The translations under genes and the position numbers were made by a program. The notes below the pieces were generated by a model. The model did not search any database and was not told where the DNA came from. It saw only the letters and a list, made by a program, of their open reading frames with translations. A stretch of DNA of 59,760 bases, filler included, from Pirum gemmata (taxonomy: Eukaryota): the NCBI GenBank assembly GCA_002812295.1. It is 9 parts of 9 records of this genome, joined end to end, with 100 filler letters (N's around TTAATTAATTAA, not from the genome) between each part and the next. Parts side by side here need not be neighbours in the genome. Positions count along the whole stretch, not along the records: positions 46,577 to 53,132 come from PDIN01000251.1; positions 53,233 to 59,760 come from PDIN01000252.1; 7 more parts are not named here. The stretch is one strand, 5' to 3'. Positions 52,320 through 59,760 of the stretch are shown here, in pieces; the stretch's first letter is position 1, and each line of letters opens with the position of its first letter.

Positions 52320-53819
52320 TAATATAGGTAGATATAGTACTATCATAATATTATCATAGTAGCAGTTCTACAACTAGTTCTACTATCATAGCTACTAGCT
52401 AGTAGTAGTAGCTATGATATGATTATTGATCATTATCATAATCACGGTCACGATAATATCATATTTTTATATTATGATAAGCTTTAGCCAAGCCTAAAAA
52501 GTATCATCGGATAGGAGAGATCAGTAGTAGGAGGGTGGGTCCTGTTCCAGGAGGGATCTGGAGACTACCTGGAGGGTCTGGAGGGTGTGTGTGCTTTGAA
52601 TTTTTTTTGTTTATGGGTCGGGTCTCCTGGGCAGGTCTCCTGCTAGCTACTAGCTAGTAGCTCTCTAGCTAACTAGAGAGTATCATAGTTAGAACTTAGA
52701 AGTAGTAACTAGCTAGCTAGTAGTTAGGTAGCTAGCTAGAGCTAGACTAAAAACTTCAAAAAATAGACTACCAAAACTATGATACTACTAAATAATATCT
52801 GCAAATAATATCATATTAATTAAATTTAGTATCATAACAATTATTAATATAATATGTGTGTAGCAGTGATAGTATGTTATAAATAACACTGATAGTAATA
52901 GTAGCAGTTCTAGTAAGGGTAATAGAAATAGAATAATAGTAATATAGTATTATATACATTAATACATAGTAATAATATATTTTAATTAACAGTAATTTTT
53001 TTATAAAATAATATCAGCCGCAGATATTATATATATATATAGCAATATAATATAGTAATAGTAATTATAGAAATAGTACCATAGTAATAATAATAATAAT
53101 ATAATAATACTATCACAATAATAATAATAATANNNNNNNNNNNNNNNNNNNNNNNNNNNNNNNNNNNNNNNNNNNNTTAATTAATTAANNNNNNNNNNNN
53201 NNNNNNNNNNNNNNNNNNNNNNNNNNNNNNNNGTAATAGGAATAGCAATAGTGATAGTAATAGTAATAGTAATAGTAATAGTAATAGTAATAGTAATAGT
53301 ATTAGTAATAGCAATGATACGAGTAAAAATACTATAGTAGCTAGTTGTAGTAATAGTATCAGTAATAGGTGAAGATATAATGACAGTAATAAATAACAGT
53401 ATCATAATAGCAGTGAAAGTGACAGCGATAATAATAGCTGCATCAGTAATAGTAACAGCATTGATAATTATTAATTAATGAAAATATAACTACTGTATTG
53501 AGCAATTTTCAATGCTAATGACAATGTTATATTAATGACAATTATAACATAGTATTAGTATTGGCATTAATATTAGTATCAGTAATAGTAATAGTAATAA
53601 TGATGAGAGATAGTGATAGTGATAATGAAAATATAATGACAGTAATGAGTAACAATGTCCTGATAGCAGTGAAAGTGACATCGATAATAATAAATAATAA
53701 TTAATGTAAATATAAAGATACTAACGAGTAATTGACAATGCTAATGACTATCTTACACTAATAATCTGGTATATATTTCCATACTGTTATTGGCTTTTAT
53801 CTAGTTTATATCAAAAATT

Positions 53820-54009
53820 TAGTACTTTTCAGTTATTTTGTCATCGTAAAGTATACAATAAATAGTGCCAAATTAATACAATATAAATTCATTTAATTTA
53901 ATTTGGTATATTTTATTATCTATATGTTGATTTAAAAATGTCAATTTAAAGATTATAACCCTCCAAATAAATATTCAAATAAGTGACAAAATAAATGAAA
54001 AGCACGATA
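53820..54009 (+). mobile_element. MITE family A copy
   Basis: Matches the reference. Further copies at 56484-56667 (+), 57508-57690 (-) and 58853-59040 (+). Confidence 0.8.
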
Positions 54010-56218
54010 ATATTTAAATGCTAGTGATTATTGTGGTTTTTAGGCACCAAAAGACTACTAACTATCACCCAAAGTCTAGCGTTCCTGCTAAACTATTAAT
54101 TAAACTCCCGGTCCAAAGTTCAAACACTGCAGAAATTTCTCTCTTTTTTTCAGCCTTCCAAATTTTAAAACAATCTTTGATAAAAACAGAAGGAGAAAAT
54201 CAGTCAATAATAAATAATAAAGCCGTTATATCGCTATTAATACTTAGTGTTCCTTTAATTGCTATTATAGACACTATATATGCTTGCAATAGAAAAAAAA
54301 AACAAATTTCCTTTTTTAAACCAATGTACATAATATTATGCGTGTTGATTATAAATTATCAAAAGTCGATTTTAAAATAATAACACAATTTACAAACGTA
54401 AAATCTACCAGGAGTCGAATGGCACCTACCATACTATACAATATAATAATATATTAAAAAATAAAATACATTTGATTATTTTAATTTAGTAACTATATAT
54501 TAATATTCTGGTATTAATTAAATAATATTCTTTAGAATATTCATGAATAATTTTTTTTTTTTGAAATGCAGACCAAAAAACATATATATTTGCACGTGCA
54601 ATCAGCCTTTAGTCTACCTTTCCCGTGTCTACACAGCACACACAGCCCTGAGCGGCAGACCTGTTTGGTCTAGACTATATATCATATTAAAAAATTTAAT
54701 TATGCATATGATATTATTACTTTTAAATACGATCTCATATAGCGATAATTAAATGTCAATAATAAAAAAAAGAAGCGTTTTCTTGAGACTAATGCATATT
54801 ACATAATGCTTTTATTATAATTTAGTGTATTTTGTAATTTTTGTTTATTGAAGAATCTTGATTGAAGAATGGTTTGGTTTCTCTTTCTTTAGTAGAATAT
54901 TATGTTTCTCTTTCTTTTAATAGTAGAATATCATGGTATCGACTATCGAGTTGAAGATGTTCAGATTTCAGAAGTGAAGACCACTCACTGCTGTAGAGTG
55001 TAGACTAGCTATGCATAGCTAACCCTAATCCCCTTAGCCCTAACCCCCTACTAACCCTAACCCTAACCCTAGCTAGCTAGTATCATAGCTAGATATGATA
55101 GTAGTAGAGGCTATCATAGTTGAGTTGGGTAGATAGTAGGGTGATATCCCAAGGGTAGATTCCTACACTGAACTTTCACCAATTGACCATATAAAGGAGT
55201 GATGGTGAGGAGGAAATTCTCTTCTACTTTAAAAGGCCAATGGACAACCTTTTTATTATTTAAGCACCAGGGTTGGTGGGATTCTAAGAGTGACAAACCG
55301 ACAAAGGACCATACTAGCTAGCTAGCTACTACTAGCAGCCTACTGTTACTAGCTACTGGCTACCTAGCATTATAAATAAAATATTAAATTTATAAATAGG
55401 ATTTATATTATCATATGATACTAGAATATTGCAAATTATTTAATTAATAATATACAGTGTTGCCCAGTTCAAAATTGAAATAAACGTAATAAATTATTAT
55501 TATGGTAAACTATCAGGCATGTTTTAATTAATTTGGTATTTTATACTTAAAATGTTGTATTTTATAAACAAGTTCAATTACACACTTAAACAGTACCAAA
55601 TTAAAGATTGAGAGGACAACTGTAATGAAGGCTTCACCTGCAACTTTTCTAGCTTCAAAATTCATTCATTTATATAATATTATAATGTTATATGGATAAA
55701 ACTAGTATAAGATGATGATATTCAGCGATGATGTTACACTCAAACCTGATTCCTTTTTTCAAATTTAGACGGTGTCTACTACGAGTTATTACATATTAAT
55801 TAATTATAAGTTACTTATAAATTATAACTATGACCAAAGTATAATACTTTTTCTTTATTTATTTATTTATTTATTTTGAACTCCTTGTAATAATATGTAG
55901 TACATCACTTCTACATCGTATTATTGATATTTATATTTATGATCATGATGGTTAGAAATATTATATTAAAATGGCAAACTTATATACATATTTGACAATT
56001 TTTCCTAACTCTTTCCATAAAAAGTTTTTTTTTTTTTTTAAAAAAAATATGATATCACTGAGCTATCTTACAGTCTATCTAGTATCTATCGTATAATTCG
56101 TATTGTCTACTCTAGCTCTATCTACTAGTAGCTACAGTAGCTAGCTAGCTCTACTAGATACTAGCTAGCTATCTGATAGCTAGCTAGAGCCTTAGCAGTG
56201 GCTACACCAGTGTGATAT

Positions 56219-56455
56219 CAGGAGGGGTGAGAACTCTTATGGCGAACTTTTTTGACCGAGGCACAAAGTAAATGTTGTTCGCCTGTTTCGCCTTACCATA
56301 TTTAGTATTTGTAATTATTTATTTAGTAACTACCTATTTAAGTAGTTACTTTAAAAAGAGTTTATTATACTATTTATAGTAACTTTAGGCAAATTTCTGG
56401 AAGTTCGCCGGTCCGAGCATCCAATTGGTAAGATGACGTCATCTCATCCCTCCTG
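56219..56455. mobile_element. Non-autonomous TIR element, hAT-like ends
   Basis: CAGGAGGGGTGAGA...TCTCATCCCTCCTG (13/14 inverted match), flanked on both sides by TGATAT. A relic lies at about 39717-39780. Confidence 0.6.
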
Positions 56456-58623
56456 TGATATCTGTGTGATATTGATATGATAGTAACGTGCTTTTCAGTT
56501 GTTTTGTCATCATAATAATATATACGATAAAGAGTACCAAATTAATACTATATGAATCAATTTCATTTAATTTGGTATATTTTATTATCTATTTATTAAA
56601 TTTAAAATATTAAATTAAATATTATAACCAACCAAATAAATATTCGGAGTGACAAAATAAATGAAAGTCTGAAGGTAGTTACTGATCATAATAATATGAT
56701 ATTATTAAAATATTATCAGATATATAGCGCTTAGGGTTAGGGTTAGGGTTAGGGTTAGGGCTCTACTACATATGATAGCTAGTATCATAGTAGCATGGTG
56801 GAAGACCTGCTAGCTAGCTAGCTAGCTACTATAGCTACTAGCTAGTCTAGTAACTGAACCTGAACTGAACTGAGTAACTGAACTGAGTATTGTGAGTGAC
56901 TGAAGTGTAACTGAAGGGCTGAATGAAAGGCTGAATGAAGGACTGGGACTAAGCTGGATTCGTAGAAACCAAAAATGGAAGAAGAAAATATGAATAAACC
57001 AATAGATATTCTTTTATTAAAATTAGAAAGAATTTGGTTCGAAATAAACCAATTGTACGTTTCTTTGTTTTTGGGAAAAATTCCGAAAACATATTATGTA
57101 GTAATAAATAGTGTATGGGAAATTAGGAAAATAGGAATACGTTCAGAGTCTTCAAAGAAGTTCCAGCTTAGCCTCATTCAGACCTTTTGTATTTTGCATA
57201 ATATCGTTACGTTGTTATTATTCACTATTTTGAACTGACCAATACATATTACCTACTATAATATAATGTTAATGTCATGCTGAGCACTAATATTAACAAT
57301 ATTAATTGATTAGTACTTAATTAATTAGTACTGTTAATTAATATATACTATTAAATATTTTATCTGTAGATCGTCCATGCAATAAACAATAATGAGTCAA
57401 GAAAAAAAAAAGGTATTATTCGGCCGGAAATATAATTATTATATTTTTCTCTAAATTTTTCTTAACTGCTAGCTTTAAAAAAGAACTAGCTATCATAGCA
57501 TTATTTCTATAGTGTTTTTCATTTATTTTGTCATTCTGAATATTTATTTGGAGGGTTTTAATATTTAAATAGACATTTTTAAATAAATAAATAGATAATA
57601 AAAGACACCAAATTAAATTAATTAAATGGCTTATATTTTATTAATTCGGTACTATTTATTGCATATTTTATTATGACGAAAAAACTGAATATAGTATAAA
57701 TATAACAAATTTTAAACATATAACTGCATTTATAATACTTTTTTACAAATTATCATAATATTATAGAGTCGGGATTATAGACGAGTTTTTATACTATAGA
57801 CGTAAAATCTGCTACTACTAGAGGTAAAATCTGACGTAAAGTGTAAATTATTACTTCTAAAGTTCAGAAATGGGCCAGTATACTGCCAGTATGCTCATAG
57901 TAAATTTATTTATTGTCTTTTTAGGTTTTTATAAATTATTCATTTCGTACTTAGCCGTTCTCTATTCGCTATTACTGAAAAAGACCTTTTTTATTGGGAA
58001 TTTTGAAATGTAATATATCTTTATATAGCTATATATCTATAGGCCTCTACATCCTTTAGAGAGAGTCATGTGACTCTGCGCACTAAGATTCTGCGCACAT
58101 CTTGACTGTATATAATAAACTTATTATTATTTCCCTAAAAAAAAAAAGGTTTTTTTGCTATGATATTTTTTTTTTTTTTTTTTTTCGAACATAAATCAAC
58201 ATAAATGAAACGTCATCATCAAAAAATACACCCCTTTCTGTAATAGATAAATATTAGGAACAATATAATAATTATATTGCGCAAAGTAGTAGATACTGAA
58301 AATTTTCAAATGCTGTAGTCTGTCGAGTTTTTTTTTTTTTTTTTAATAGCCAAGATGGAAAAAAGTAGAAATCTTTTTTTTTAGACTTCTCTAAAAGCTT
58401 TTTTAATTATAAGTTTCTAACTATGATAGCCAAATAATTATTAAAAATTGGCCATTGGTTCATAATAGAGTTTTCTTAGTCAGGTTATCTCTAAATTTTT
58501 GGTAGTACTTTCATTGAAAATGGAGAATTTTGAGATTTTCATGTTTTTGAACTCATTGTGGTGAATGTCGCAATTTTTATCTGGCTTGTCTGTTAAAAAG
58601 AATGCTTTTAATTTTTCGAGCTT

Positions 58624-58689
<66 letters not shown>

Positions 58690-59760
58690 CCAATTTTTAG
58701 CAACCCAAAAAAGAATCGACGGTGTGATACTTTACTCAGCTAGTAGTAGCTACTAGTAGCTATCGATAGCTAGCTAGCTAGGTCTATGACTATGAAGCAC
58801 TGTGGAGTCTAGCTAGAGACTGTAGAGGCTGAGTGTAGACCAGCTAGTAGCTATGGTGCTTTTCAGTGCTTTTCAGTTGTTTTGTCATTATAAAGTATAC
58901 AATAAATAGTACCAAATTAATATAATTTAAGTTCATTTAATCTATTTGGTATACTTTATTATCTGTATATTAATTTAAAATTGTCAATTTAAATATTATA
59001 ACCCTCCAAATAAATATTCGGAGTGACAAAATCCACGATACTACGTATGCATACTATCATAGCTAGTAGCTAGCTAGATAGAGGTAGTAGTTAGCTATGT
59101 TAGCTATCGATAGTCTATAGCCTATATGTAGCTTGGTTGATGCGGCTACTCTAGCCAGGATATCGATCAACAAATGATTTTTTTATTAATAATTAGGCCA
59201 TGGTTTAATTAATACCCCCCAACAAAATTTAAATGATTACTTTAATTAACTAAAATATTGGGTTTCAACATATTATTTATATACTGGGTTAGGGTATTGA
59301 TGCAAATACAAGTATTAATACGATATTTGATTGTAATTGTGTCTTTTTTAAAACATAAAATAATTTTTATATAACAATTAAAACTTTAGTCGGTTTTGTA
59401 CTAAAAATGTTGTTTTATTATATTAATAATGTTTATTATACAATTAGTTAATATTAATAATCATTAATATTTTATCATATATATTAATATATCTACTAGG
59501 AGGAGTTTTATAATTATAGTTATGATGGAAAGCAATATTTATATCACACTAATATTATAAGCTAATTTATTAGCTGTCAACTATGATATAATAATGTTCA
59601 CTACAGCTACTGTAGCTATTGCAACATTCGTAAATTGATAACTAGCTAACTATGATATTAATATAGTAATATGATAAAAGGTCTAGTTATAGACCATTAT
59701 ACATATTATCGTAATATATATACATCATATTATTATAATAATTATAATATATAATATTAA

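Noticed and set aside
54018..57238. ORFs 54018-54380, 55114-55296 and 56975-57238
   Set aside because: No recognisable domains or splice context. They may be decayed TE relics but cannot be supported.

Overview
Very AT-rich eukaryotic (probably protist) nuclear DNA with GT-AG introns, TTAGGG telomere-type repeats and abundant microsatellites. An ichthyosporean-like holozoan is plausible but is only my inference. The window is not one locus. It is nine contigs of about 6.5 kb joined by identical 100-nt N44-TTAATTAATTAA-N44 linkers, so no synteny across linkers can be inferred. Host genes read by hand: a partial GH18 glycosidase, the first exons of aspartate aminotransferase, a 15-exon secreted M6 (immune-inhibitor-A-type) metalloprotease with Cys-rich repeats, an intronless P450 with a non-canonical I-helix, a claudin/PMP22-like gene, the last exon of LAMTOR2, a secreted copper-only-type SOD and exon 1 of porphobilinogen deaminase. 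Intergenic DNA is packed with several families of about 190-bp MITEs. The most striking item is a 1.6-kb mosaic (about 1350-2950) of short, mixed-orientation, truncated giant-virus-like (irido/pimascovirus-type) gene fragments: SWIB, Ser/Thr kinase, RING tail and CCCH finger, set among host repeats. Second is intergenic DNA built of palindromic TA-x-TA words, some matching predicted excision footprints of the resident MITEs. Protein assignments rest on motif recognition from memory; no database searches were run.
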